A stretch of 64,000 bases of DNA from the NCBI GenBank assembly GCA_963764165.1, contig CAVXRD010000002.1, forward strand, positions 1,472,001 through 1,536,000, written 5' to 3'. Under the pieces are notes generated by a model. The model was not told where the DNA came from. It made no database searches and saw nothing but the letters and a program-made list of their open reading frames with translations. How positions within the stretch are numbered: the first letter of the stretch is position 1; each line of letters opens with the position of its first letter. Shown piece by piece: positions 29,717 to 39,833 of the stretch. A program made the position numbers and the translations under genes. The stretch comes from an uncultured Verrucomicrobiae bacterium (GTDB lineage Bacteria > Verrucomicrobiota > Verrucomicrobiia > Limisphaerales > Palsa-1400).

Positions 29717-32700
29717 CTACTGTTTTCCCTTTTCAAGGCCATGATAGTAATTTTCCAGGGCGTCGCGAAATTCGGCGGGCGCGTTTTGAATGGCGCCGGC
29801 GGATTGTTTGACAGAGCGCTCGTCCGCCGCGTGGCCGGAGGCATCGCCAATGTTCGCGCCGCCGACCCGGCTGTTCGAGCCGCCCGGGCTCGTGTTGCCC
29901 TGATTCGGTTTTGCCGCAAAGGCTTTGCCCTTGTTGGCCTTCTGCGCCATCTGCATTAGAAATTGCATTTCCTCGGCGCTGGATGGACTGCCGGGCGAAC
30001 TCTTCGGCTTTCCTTTTTGCGCCTGTTCGTTGATCAAGTTGATCAAATCGGACAACGAATCAATCGTTTTGATTTCCGCGTCGTCGGCGGGTTTGCCCGT
30101 CTCCGGCGTTTGCAGGAGCGTGGAAGTCTGTTTCATCGCGGTGGAGACATCCGAAAAAGCCTGGTCGAGCTGCGCAATCGGCACCTTGTCATGGATGTCC
30201 TCAAGGCCCGAAGCGAGCTTGTCTTGCGTCCCTGACAGCGACGAGGCGCGCTGCTGATAGCTGTCAGGCGTGCCCCTGTCTTGATCGAGCAGCGTCGTTT
30301 CGTCGCGCAAATTGGATTCGTTTTCGCGCATGCGCAGGAGCGCGATCAATTGCTCCGTCAAATCCGCTCCGTCTTTTCCTGAGCCTGAGCCGGAGCCGGA
30401 GCCGCCCGAGCTTTTCGGCTCGAGCTTTTCCGCCCAATCTTGAAAGCGGGTGGCCCACTTGCCCAAATCGGCGGAGGCCTCGAGGCCTATATTATTGTTG
30501 ATCAGTCCGCCTACGCGGTCCAGCTCGTCGCCTGTATGCGCGTCCTTCATTTCCTTGCTCACCTGGCCATAGGCGGGTTTTTGAGTGCGCTCGAAAAAGC
30601 GATTCAGCTCCGTCTGCAGCGTGGTGCTCTGTTTCTGGGCGCCGGACTGGCCGCGGACAAGGCCGCCTTCCAGCGCTTTCATCTTGGGCGGCAACTGGCG
30701 CGGCAGCAAACCCACCGTGTTGGAAGCCGTGTCAAATATCTGCCCGGCGATGTCCTTCTCGACACCGCCGACTTTGCGCAAACGCTGGGCCAGGGTCATG
30801 GCCTGCAAATCGTCCATGTGCTCGTTGGCCTTGGTCTGCATCTTCTCCAAATCCTTCAAAACGTCCTCGGCCTTCTGCTCGGCGTCCGCCATTTCTTCGG
30901 GCTTGCTGCCGGAATTCTCCTGCGCCTTCTGCATCGCGCCGGCGGCGGCGGGCATTTTCTGCTGGGCCAGCTTCTGCAACTGCTGCATGGATTGAGACCA
31001 CTTCTTGACAGCGTCCTCCTTGAACAACGGGTTTTTCAGCGCCTCCTGCAAAGACTCTTCGCCCTGTTTGGCGAGCTGATCCAGATTGGCGGCGTTTTGC
31101 TTCTGGTCATCCTTGCTTTGGCTCAAACGGTTGGCTTTTTCAGCGGCGGGCATTTTATCCGCGTCTTTGAGATCCGCCAGATTGGCGACAATTTTTTCCT
31201 GCAGCCGCGAAACTTCCTCCACTTGCGCCATCGTGGCCTCCAATTGCTTGCGCAGCATTTCCGCGTGCTCCTCGGGGCTTAACACGCGGATGTGGTAGAC
31301 GCCGGTGCGCGCCCGCTCGCGATTCGGGAAAAAATCGCGCGCGAAGGCCGTCAATTCCACCGTTGAATCGGCGGGGATTCGGTAAATGCGCGGGCTCCAT
31401 TTGAATGTTCTTTCCCCTTCCTTCATTTGGGGCGACGACATTTGATATTTGACTTCGGTGGTGGCGACAGGGCTGCCAGTCACGGGAGAATCCGCCGTCA
31501 TTTCCCAGTCCAAACCGACATCGCGCACGCCAAAATCGTCGCGCGCTTTGACCTTGATGTTGATCACATCGGAATCGAGAACCGAAATGTCTGCGGGGAT
31601 GTCATCGATTTCCGGAACCGGCGGCGCATCGGGCTGTGTCTGCACGGTGACGTGCAGGGGCGAGGCGTTCGTTAATCCAAGTTTGTCCTTCCAGAGAATC
31701 GTGAAATCCGCCGCGCCTTCGGGCTCTGTCTGGCTGGTGGAAAAACTGTCGCCGCTCACCGTCATGGGCGCGGGTTTGTCGGTGCCGCGCTGGATAGTGG
31801 CGGAATTCAAATCGCGGCTTATTTTGCCGTGGAGAGAGACCTTGCTTCCCTCGACCGCGAGCAGGGAGCCGTTTTGCAACAGTTCATCCTGATTCGGATA
31901 ATGAAGGTAATCGGGCAATTGAATTTGCGCGGCCAATTCCTGGAGCGAGGGCCGGTGCGTTGGAGCGATGCGGACTTGCGCTTTCGCATCACCCACACGC
32001 ACTTCCAGCACGCCGTTTTCAACCTTGCCGGGAATTTGCAATTGCGCCGTGCCATCATGCACGGTGGTCTCGACGCTCGGTTGCCGCGGCCAAAGGCCAA
32101 AGGCGTGGCTCGGCTTCCAGAACGAACGATACTGCACTTTCGCCGCGATGCTGAACGCCTCCCCGTGCGGAACGATCAATTCGGTGGGCAATCCCTCGAT
32201 GGAAACCAGCGTGTAGCGGGGTATGTTCGCCATCGGCACTGCCCAGCGCGTGAAAGCGTTCCAACCGGGGCGCGGCAGCACGAGAAAAATCGCCGCTAAA
32301 CAAACCGCGGCGACGATCGCGAAACCTGCCGTTCTTTTGGCTGAGCCGGCATTGACGCTTTGGGCAAAATCAAATCCTTTTGCTTCCTCGGCGACTTGGA
32401 AAATAGCGGCGTGATAAAGCGCGGGAGAAAAATTGGCGTTATGCTCCTTTTCATTCGAGAGCTCGACGATTCCCAGGAGGCGGTCGCCGAGGCGGCGGTA
32501 TTTTTTCTGCACCAAATTGGCGAGAGCCCGGAGATCGCGCCGCTGCCAGACCCATCGCCGCGCCCAGATGCCCGCCGAAACCGCCGCCACCAGCAGCCCG
32601 GCAAGCCACAAAGTCCAGCGCAGCCAGATAGGCGTATCCCAAAGGCGCTCCGAGACGAAAAACCCGAGGAAGGATACCATCAATCCGCCGATAATGCTGC

Positions 32701-32809
32701 AGACAGCGACGGTGGTCTCGACCCGCCAGAGGCGGCGCTCCGCCTCGGCGAATTGCGCGCGGAGTTCCTCCGGCAGCGCCACGGACAGTCTGTCTTCGTA
32801 ATCGGCCAT
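29717..32809 (-). CDS. Large membrane protein with Ig-like region and Gln/Glu-rich coiled coil (DUF4175-like)
   Basis: Three N-terminal TMs, ARDDFGV motif, long helical region, C-terminal PAEFRDALENYY. Confidence 0.75.
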   Translation of the reverse strand: MADYEDRLSVALPEELRAQFAEAERRLWRVETTVAVCSIIGGLMVSFLGFFVSERLWDTPIWLRWTLWLAGLLVAAVSAGIWARRWVWQRRDLRALANLVQKKYRRLGDRLLGIVELSNEKEHNANFSPALYHAAIFQVAEEAKGFDFAQSVNAGSAKRTAGFAIVAAVCLAAIFLVLPRPGWNAFTRWAVPMANIPRYTLVSIEGLPTELIVPHGEAFSIAAKVQYRSFWKPSHAFGLWPRQPSVETTVHDGTAQLQIPGKVENGVLEVRVGDAKAQVRIAPTHRPSLQELAAQIQLPDYLHYPNQDELLQNGSLLAVEGSKVSLHGKISRDLNSATIQRGTDKPAPMTVSGDSFSTSQTEPEGAADFTILWKDKLGLTNASPLHVTVQTQPDAPPVPEIDDIPADISVLDSDVINIKVKARDDFGVRDVGLDWEMTADSPVTGSPVATTEVKYQMSSPQMKEGERTFKWSPRIYRIPADSTVELTAFARDFFPNRERARTGVYHIRVLSPEEHAEMLRKQLEATMAQVEEVSRLQEKIVANLADLKDADKMPAAEKANRLSQSKDDQKQNAANLDQLAKQGEESLQEALKNPLFKEDAVKKWSQSMQQLQKLAQQKMPAAAGAMQKAQENSGSKPEEMADAEQKAEDVLKDLEKMQTKANEHMDDLQAMTLAQRLRKVGGVEKDIAGQIFDTASNTVGLLPRQLPPKMKALEGGLVRGQSGAQKQSTTLQTELNRFFERTQKPAYGQVSKEMKDAHTGDELDRVGGLINNNIGLEASADLGKWATRFQDWAEKLEPKSSGGSGSGSGSGKDGADLTEQLIALLRMRENESNLRDETTLLDQDRGTPDSYQQRASSLSGTQDKLASGLEDIHDKVPIAQLDQAFSDVSTAMKQTSTLLQTPETGKPADDAEIKTIDSLSDLINLINEQAQKGKPKSSPGSPSSAEEMQFLMQMAQKANKGKAFAAKPNQGNTSPGGSNSRVGGANIGDASGHAADERSVKQSAGAIQNAPAEFRDALENYYHGLEKGKQ

Positions 32810-32985
32810 GCGAAATTGCGGCTGCACTATGTTGCCCCCAATGGGTCCCGCCGTCCAAAGAAAAATGGGACCAATAGGTCTTATGCGACTTATAGTACCT
32901 ATGGGCTGGCTTTGCCAAAGTTGAACGTTGCAAAGATTGCGCAACTGATTTGACCTTGCGGGGTTCCTCATTCAGACTGTTATTG

Positions 32986-33660
32986 ATGAGTAGCATGGCA
33001 AAGCTTTTCCGTGTTCTGGCTGTTTTGGTTCTCGCCGGAGCCATTGGGGTGTTAATCGGGTGGATGCAAAGCCGCGGGGGCGTTTCGGCGCCCATCGGTG
33101 TGTCCACCGCCACAAATTTGCCTCCGATTGATATCGCGCCGGTGGTCGCGGATGAATCGAAGCCCACCAATCCTCCGGCTCGCGTCGCAGCGCATTTCGG
33201 ACATATGCCCGGGCGAGGGCCAAGCGCTCCAGCCGAACCACCGCAGGAAAACAAAGAATGGGAAAAGCAACTCGACGATGTCCTCCTTTCCGATACGGAC
33301 CCGAACACCAAAGCGGACAAAATTCTGGCGCTGATTCCCACCGCCCCCGCCGCCGCGCAGGTTGAACTATCACAGCATCTCGTCAACATGGTGCAGGACG
33401 ATCATTACGATGGGGCCGCGCAGTTGCTGACCAACTCCACCACGCCCGTCGGCGTCTCGACGGTGCTCATGAACGATTTGCTCAATCGAACCGCCACGCT
33501 CAAATTGCCGATGCTGCTGGCGGTGGCCCGCGACAACGATCATCCACTTAACGGTCAGGCGCGCGATATGTTGGAATTGCTGCTGCAGGAAGACAATGGC
33601 ACGAATTGGGACCAATGGGGCGCGTCCATCAACACATGGCTGCAAAACAATCCGCAGTAA
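32986..33660 (+). CDS. Hypothetical protein with N-terminal anchor and helical domain
   Basis: TM helix, Pro-rich linker, helical C-domain ending W..W...I..WL. Confidence 0.7.
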   Translation: MSSMAKLFRVLAVLVLAGAIGVLIGWMQSRGGVSAPIGVSTATNLPPIDIAPVVADESKPTNPPARVAAHFGHMPGRGPSAPAEPPQENKEWEKQLDDVLLSDTDPNTKADKILALIPTAPAAAQVELSQHLVNMVQDDHYDGAAQLLTNSTTPVGVSTVLMNDLLNRTATLKLPMLLAVARDNDHPLNGQARDMLELLLQEDNGTNWDQWGASINTWLQNNPQ

Positions 33661-34032
33661 CGCAGCCGCGATAAAAGAATTGCGAAAGAGCCTGACAGAA
33701 GGAAGGCCGAGGCCGTCGAGAACTGCTCCTCGAAACAGGCGTGAAACAACACTCTTCGTGTCCTTGTTCAATTTCTTAGCCTTGTCGGGCCGCTGAACAC
33801 ATCGGCGTCCCTGGTTCTGGGGACGTGAGGAACCGCCACGGTTCTAAAGTTAAACCGAGATTGCGCCGAGAGAATAGAGAGAAATGTTACCTGATAAACT
33901 CCTTTTGGACGGACAACAGCCAATCTTCGAGTGCCACCACAATTTTGTCCGGCGTCTGCCCCCGGCGCAGCTTCGGGAGCGGTATTGCCTTGCCATGCCC
34001 ATGGGGGGCTGGTAAGTAAAACGTTCAGTCGA

Positions 34033-35237
34033 ATGCCATCTTTCACCTACATTGCGCGGGATTCGGGGACGGGACGGGAAATCCGAAGCACGGTGGACGC
34101 CTCGTCCGAAGCGAACGCCATCGCCGCGCTGCTGAATCGCAACCTCATGGTCGTCTCCATTCAGGAGAAGCTCGGCAAGAAGGGCAAGACCGTGGGAGGC
34201 AGCGTCAGCCTGGCTGACATCGTCATTTTCACCCGGCAATTGGCCACCATGGTCGACGCCGGGTTGGCGATGGTGCAATCGCTCCAGGCGCTGGCCGAGC
34301 AGTCTGAGAACAAATTGATGCGCGAGGTCATCAAGGACATTACGACGCGCGTCGAGGGCGGCGACAGCTTTTCCGACGCATTGCTCAAGCACCCCAAGAT
34401 TTTCAACAAGCTGTATGTCTCGATGGTGGCGGCGGGCGAAAAGGGCGGTTTGCTGGCGGAAATCCTCAGCCGCCTGGCGACCTACCAGGAAAACACCGCG
34501 CGCCTCCGCAAGAAGGTCAAATCAGCGATGATGTACCCGACGGCGGTGACCTTCGTCGCGATCAGCATTACGATCTTCCTGCTGGTGAAAGTGGTGCCGA
34601 CCTTTGCCGACATTTTTTCGAGCATGCACGGCAAGCTGCCGGCCCCAACGCAATATCTGATCAACATCAGCAACCTGCTGCGGGAGAATTTCATTTGGGC
34701 GATGCTGTCCGCCGCCGCCGTTGTGGTCGGCTGGCTGTGGTATATCAAGACGCCGGCCGGCGGTTCTGGGATGATCGCCGCATCAAGCTGCCGATCTTTG
34801 GCAGCATCGCGCACAAGATTTGCCTGGCTCGATTCGCGCGCACCTTTGCATCGCTGGTTCGCAGCGGCGTGCCGATTTTGGAAGTCCTCGCGATCGTTCA
34901 AAACACGGTCGGCAACGTCATCATGGAATCGGCCATCAAGACCGCCTCGACCGACATCGAGCGCGGCGAAGGCATTTCCGCCGCCCTGAGTAAACACCCC
35001 ATATTCCCCACCATGATTATCCGCATGATGCAAGCTGGTGAGCAGACCGGAAAGATCGATTCCATGCTTGAGCGCGTGGCCGACTTTCTGGACGAGGAAA
35101 TTGAGACGACGCTGAATGGCTTGACGTCTTTGATCGAGCCATTGCTGATTTGCTTTCTGGGCGTGGTGGTCGGAGGCATTGTGATTTGCATGTTCCTGCC
35201 GATATTCAAGTTGAGCGAGCTGGTTTCGGGCCACTAA
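34033..35237 (+). CDS. pilC: Type II secretion F / type IV pilus platform protein, frameshifted at ~34752-34763
   Basis: FTRQLATMVDAG, AGEKGG, AMMYP in frame 1; FARTFASLVRSGVP, GEQTG, LIEP, MFLPIF in frame 2. Confidence 0.88.
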
Positions 35238-35254
35238 TTAAAAAGCCCGCAGGC

Positions 35255-35283
35255 TTGCCCGGCAGGAGCGAATCACGTAGTTT
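35255..35283 (+). promoter_or_regulatory. Sigma70-type promoter, likely leaderless transcript
   Basis: TTGCCC-N17-TAGTTT, 6 nt before ATG 35290. Confidence 0.5.
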
Positions 35284-35289
35284 TATCGC

Positions 35290-36780
35290 ATGGCAAAGGT
35301 GTTGTTGATTGACGACGAGGTGACCATGGTCCAAATGGTCACCGAGCTTTTGCGCCGTGAAGGACACGAGGTTTTTCCCTTCAGCAATTACGCCGCAGCC
35401 ATAGAAACCCTTGAGTCGCAATGCCCTGAGCTGGTCATCACCGACCTTTATCTTGACAAAACCCGCACGCACGGACTGGAGATTTTGCAGAAGGCGCGGG
35501 CGCTGAATCCGCCTTCCACCGTCATCGTCATCACGGCCTACGCGACCATTGAAACGGCGGTCGACGCGATGAAAAAAGGCGCTTTCGATTATCTCGAAAA
35601 GCCCTTCAAAGTAGATGACCTGAAACTCTGCATTCAACGCGCCTTGTCCTACAATGAGGCGGTTTCGGAAAATATTTACCTTCGCAAGCAGCTTAAGAAA
35701 AAGTACCAGTTCAACCAGCTCATCGGCAATTCCTCGCAGATTCAGGAAGTCTTCAAGCTGATCGAGCGGGTGGCCGATACCGACAGCACGATTCTTATTT
35801 TGGGCGAAAGCGGCACGGGCAAGGAACTTGTCGCGCGCGCCCTGCATTTCAACAGCCGCCGCCAATTCGCGCCGTTCATCCCGATTAACTGCAGCGCGCT
35901 GCCGGAGAATCTTCTGGAATCGGAATTGTTCGGCCATTGCAAAGGCGCATTCACCGGGGCGATCAACGACAAAAAAGGCCTCTTTCAGGAAGCCGATGGC
36001 GGGACGATTTTCCTCGATGAAATTGGCTCCATGCCGCCGGTTTTGCAGAGCCGCCTGCTCCGCGTTTTGCAGGAGCGGGAAGTCCGCCGCGTCGGCGACA
36101 ACGTGGCCACCAGCGTCAATGTTCGCGTGCTCGCCGCCACCAACGAGCCGCTGGAAAAGCGCATCAAGGAAGGCACCTTCCGCGAAGATTTATTTTACAG
36201 GCTGAACGTCATCCCGATTCATCTCCCCGCCCTGCGCGAGCGCCGGGATGACGTTCCGCTGCTGACAATGCATTTCCTGCGCAACAAGATCAATTCGCGC
36301 ACCGGCAAACCCCACAGCATCACTCGCAAATCTCTCGAAGTTCTGGGCTCGCATGATTGGCCGGGCAACGTGCGTGAATTGGAAAACGCCATTGAGCGCG
36401 CCTGCGCCTTGTGCGAAAACGGCACCATTCGCGTGGCGGATCTGCCGCCGATCTTGCGGAAGTATGCCAAGGACGGCGAGGAAGAGGCGATCGAAACTCC
36501 CTCAGCCGCTCCGGTCGCGGCGGCTGGCACGGGCGGAAAGCCTGTCAACAATTCGACCGCCAGCGCGGCCGCTGTGGCCAGTTCCGGCCCGGCGAATTTC
36601 ATGAATCCCGTCGGCTCGCTGCGCGATTACCTGCGCGAGCAGGAAGTGACGTATCTCAACCGCGCCCTGGCCCAGGCCGGCAATGACAAGGAGAAAGCCG
36701 CCCAATTGCTCGGCGTCAGCGTGGCCACGCTCTACCGCAAGCTGGCCGACGAAGACCTCGGCGGCAAATCTTTTACTTGA
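35290..36780 (+). CDS. Sigma54-dependent response regulator (NtrC/PilR family)
   Basis: REC domain, GESGTGKE, GAFTGA, FLDEIG, WPGNVRELEN, Fis-type HTH. Confidence 0.95.
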   Translation: MAKVLLIDDEVTMVQMVTELLRREGHEVFPFSNYAAAIETLESQCPELVITDLYLDKTRTHGLEILQKARALNPPSTVIVITAYATIETAVDAMKKGAFDYLEKPFKVDDLKLCIQRALSYNEAVSENIYLRKQLKKKYQFNQLIGNSSQIQEVFKLIERVADTDSTILILGESGTGKELVARALHFNSRRQFAPFIPINCSALPENLLESELFGHCKGAFTGAINDKKGLFQEADGGTIFLDEIGSMPPVLQSRLLRVLQEREVRRVGDNVATSVNVRVLAATNEPLEKRIKEGTFREDLFYRLNVIPIHLPALRERRDDVPLLTMHFLRNKINSRTGKPHSITRKSLEVLGSHDWPGNVRELENAIERACALCENGTIRVADLPPILRKYAKDGEEEAIETPSAAPVAAAGTGGKPVNNSTASAAAVASSGPANFMNPVGSLRDYLREQEVTYLNRALAQAGNDKEKAAQLLGVSVATLYRKLADEDLGGKSFT

Positions 36781-36783
36781 CAG

Positions 36784-37971
36784 TTACGATTTGCTGGCGA
36801 ACACCGCCAGCGACGCTGTGTAGCCGTGCAGAAAGTTCTTCGCCCCTACCGGCCCGATTTCTCCGTTGCAGAAAAACCCGGTCAACTCCATCGGCCCGAG
36901 TTTTTCCTGCGCCAATCCGGCGTCGTGGTTCGGATGGCCGAAGAGGCGCTGCCCGCGCCCGTTGCAGGTGCAGAGGCAGCCGCCATAAATTGTCCGGCCC
37001 TTCAAATGATTCGCCAGGCGTTCCAGCAAATGCGTCATGTCCTCCGTCGCCGCCGCCGCGTCGCGCCGCTGGAACTGCATCGTTTGCCCCAGGCGCGGCA
37101 TGGCGCCGACGGCGAGGCTGCCGGAATTGGGGTCGCCACCGAGAATGTTGCGCACGAGAAAATCGCCGCGGGCGAAATCCTCGAGGTATTCGTTGACCAC
37201 CAGGCCGATGAATAAATTCCCGCGCGCGGCGTGCTGCTCCTTGCCGGGCAATTCCATGAATGTCTGGTGCAGCACCTCGTAAGCCGGCCGGTTGGCGATC
37301 ATGTGGATGATGTTGCCTTCCGTGCGCGTGATCGTCCATGTGTCGCCGATGGGCGTGCAGCCCTGCGAAATCACCGAGCGCAATTCCACCGCGCCGCCGA
37401 CTGCCACCGCCACGCCGCCTTCGTCGAAAACCTGCCCATCGAGATACAATTGAATCGTGCGCTCGGAAAAATCCCCGCTGGCCACGCCGCCGACAATCGG
37501 CTTGGGCGCGTAAGCCTCATTCCAGCCGCGCAGCCACGCTTCCGAGTCCGTGCGGAACGGATCGACAAACGCGAGCCAGCCGTTGATTTTCTCCGCGCTC
37601 AGCCCCGTCTCCAATTCCCAATAACCCGGGCCGTTCGCCTCGTCGATCTGCTCTTGTGTAAAGTGAACAGCGGTCAACTCCGCGCCCGGCAGCGAAAGCA
37701 GCGAAACGGCAATGCCGCGCTCATCCTCAATTTCCCGCGATCCGTAAATCAAACCCGCGCCTGAACAGCCGATCAACAGCGGAATTTCCGCATGGACGCG
37801 AAGAGTTTCCAAAATTCGCCGCGCATCGGCGAAATAATGCGGCGTCATAAAAACCAGGCCCAGCGAGATGCGCGAGGCCGAGACGCTTTGGCGCAGTTGC
37901 CGGGCCCATTCGGTCATGGCCGCCTCGTCGTAATCGGCGCGCCAGAAGCCGGATGCCGCGAATTCGTTCAT
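36784..37971 (-). CDS. FIST N/C domain sensory protein
   Basis: LIGCSGAG, VGGVASG, SQGCTPIG, CNGRG, GFFCNGEIGP, LHGYT. Confidence 0.9.
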   Translation of the reverse strand: MNEFAASGFWRADYDEAAMTEWARQLRQSVSASRISLGLVFMTPHYFADARRILETLRVHAEIPLLIGCSGAGLIYGSREIEDERGIAVSLLSLPGAELTAVHFTQEQIDEANGPGYWELETGLSAEKINGWLAFVDPFRTDSEAWLRGWNEAYAPKPIVGGVASGDFSERTIQLYLDGQVFDEGGVAVAVGGAVELRSVISQGCTPIGDTWTITRTEGNIIHMIANRPAYEVLHQTFMELPGKEQHAARGNLFIGLVVNEYLEDFARGDFLVRNILGGDPNSGSLAVGAMPRLGQTMQFQRRDAAAATEDMTHLLERLANHLKGRTIYGGCLCTCNGRGQRLFGHPNHDAGLAQEKLGPMELTGFFCNGEIGPVGAKNFLHGYTASLAVFASKS

Positions 37972-37979
37972 AATCAATG

Positions 37980-39833
37980 CTACGCTTCGCGTTCGGCCGC
38001 GGCGGGCGACACGGTGATGTCGCACGACGGAAACGCTCTTTTGAGGAGTTCGACAAAGCCGCGGCTCATTTGTTCGACGACTTTTTTCTTCGCGCCCTCC
38101 TCGCCCGGCGCGCCGCTCCAGCCGGTGACGCGCGCGGCGCCATTGGCGGTGAAGCCCTCGATTTCCACATGGCCGGAAACGCGCCCATTTTCCCACAGGC
38201 GAAGGCACGGCTTGACAACAAGATTTTTCGCGTGCGGCTTCAAAACGCCTTCTCTTGACAGCGTTTCAAAATCCGCCAGCGACAGCGCCAACTCCTCCAC
38301 CGGCGCCAGTGACGTTTCGTTAAGTCCGTAAATGGACGCATTGAGCGGCGCGATGGATGGGCGCATCAACGGGAAGAAAATCACGTCGTCGATATTTTCC
38401 TGCCCGGTGAAAATCATCACCATGCGTTCGATGCCGGGGCCGATGCCCGTCGTGGGCGGCAGGCCGTATTCGAGCGCCTCGATGAAATCGAAATCGAGCG
38501 TGTGGAATTTTCCGGCGTCGCGCTCCTCCGCGCGATACGACTTCCGCCATGTCTCGAGCAAATGCACCGGGTCGTTTTGCTCCGACCAGTTGTCGCCGCA
38601 TTCCATGCCCGCGATCATGATCTCGAAACGCTCGACATAGCGCGGGTCATGCGCCATCGGCTTGGCCAGCGGCGAAATTTCAATCGGATGCCCAAAGACC
38701 AGCGTCGGCTGGATGAGTTCCTTTTCCACTTTTTCCTCGAAAGCCTTCACCAGCGCTTCGCCCACGCTCGGCTGCGCTTCGCCAATGCCGATGGCCGCCA
38801 GCCGCGCGTTCGCCTCGTCGGCCGTTTTGACTTCGCGGAAATCGATGCCCGTTTTTTCCAGCACGACGTCGGGCATGCTGACGCGCCGCCACGGCTTGCC
38901 GAAATCAATCGTGTGTCCGCGCACGACAAATTCCGTTTTGCCGAACACCGTGACCGCGACGTGCCGGAACATGTCCTCGATCAGGTTCATGTTGTATTCG
39001 TAATTTTCGTAAGCCGTCATCGTCTCGACCATCGAGAATTCCGGGTGATGGCTGCGGTCGATGCCTTCGTTGCGGAAATAGCGGCCGATGGTGAAAACCT
39101 TGTCGTAACCCGCCACGATCAAGCGTTTCAAATAAAGCTCATGCGAAATGGCCAGGTACATATCGCAACCGAGGGCGTTGACGTGCGTCTTGAACGGCTT
39201 GGCCGTGCCGCCGCCGTATTGCGGCTGAATAATCGGCGTGATGAATTCCAAAAAGCCGCGCTTTAACAGAAAATCGCGCATCGCCGAAACCATTTTGCTG
39301 GCCGCCGCAAAGCGCTCGAACGACGATGGTTCGAGCGTCGTGTCAAGATAACGTTTGCGCAGCACCTGCTCGCGGTCCTTCAATCCCGACCATTGATCCG
39401 GCAGCGGGCGAATCGCCTTGGTCAGCAGCCGCAGGCTTTCCACCAGCACGGAAATTTCGCCGCGCTCGGTGCGGATGATTTTGCCCGTCGCCTCGATGAT
39501 GTCGCCGAGGTCAATCATGTTGGTGTCCGCGTAGCCGATATTGCCGGTGGCCTTGTCGGTGGGCAGGACGAGATTGCGGCGGAGGAAAAGCTGCAGCTTG
39601 CCCGTCTGATCCTGGACGTGGGCAAAGGCCAGCGCGCCCTGCTTGCGCCAGGACATCAGGCGCCCGGCGATGGTGGCCGTCTGGCCTTCGAGGCTGGCGA
39701 AATCGTCGAGGATGGTTTTGGTGTAATGAGTGCGCCCGCTTTTGGATGGGTAAGGGTTGAGGCCCAAAGAGCGGAGCGAGGCCGCCTTGGCGAGGCGTCC
39801 GTTGCGAATTTCGATGAGTGGATTAGTAGCCAC
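37980..39833 (-). CDS. lysS: Class II lysine-tRNA ligase with C-terminal extension
   Basis: OB-fold (AGRLM, TERGEIS), RKRYLD, GGTAKPF, FRNEG, HPEF, YGLPPTTGIGPGIER, IFFPLMRP. Confidence 0.93.
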   Translation of the reverse strand: MATNPLIEIRNGRLAKAASLRSLGLNPYPSKSGRTHYTKTILDDFASLEGQTATIAGRLMSWRKQGALAFAHVQDQTGKLQLFLRRNLVLPTDKATGNIGYADTNMIDLGDIIEATGKIIRTERGEISVLVESLRLLTKAIRPLPDQWSGLKDREQVLRKRYLDTTLEPSSFERFAAASKMVSAMRDFLLKRGFLEFITPIIQPQYGGGTAKPFKTHVNALGCDMYLAISHELYLKRLIVAGYDKVFTIGRYFRNEGIDRSHHPEFSMVETMTAYENYEYNMNLIEDMFRHVAVTVFGKTEFVVRGHTIDFGKPWRRVSMPDVVLEKTGIDFREVKTADEANARLAAIGIGEAQPSVGEALVKAFEEKVEKELIQPTLVFGHPIEISPLAKPMAHDPRYVERFEIMIAGMECGDNWSEQNDPVHLLETWRKSYRAEERDAGKFHTLDFDFIEALEYGLPPTTGIGPGIERMVMIFTGQENIDDVIFFPLMRPSIAPLNASIYGLNETSLAPVEELALSLADFETLSREGVLKPHAKNLVVKPCLRLWENGRVSGHVEIEGFTANGAARVTGWSGAPGEEGAKKKVVEQMSRGFVELLKRAFPSCDITVSPAAAEREA

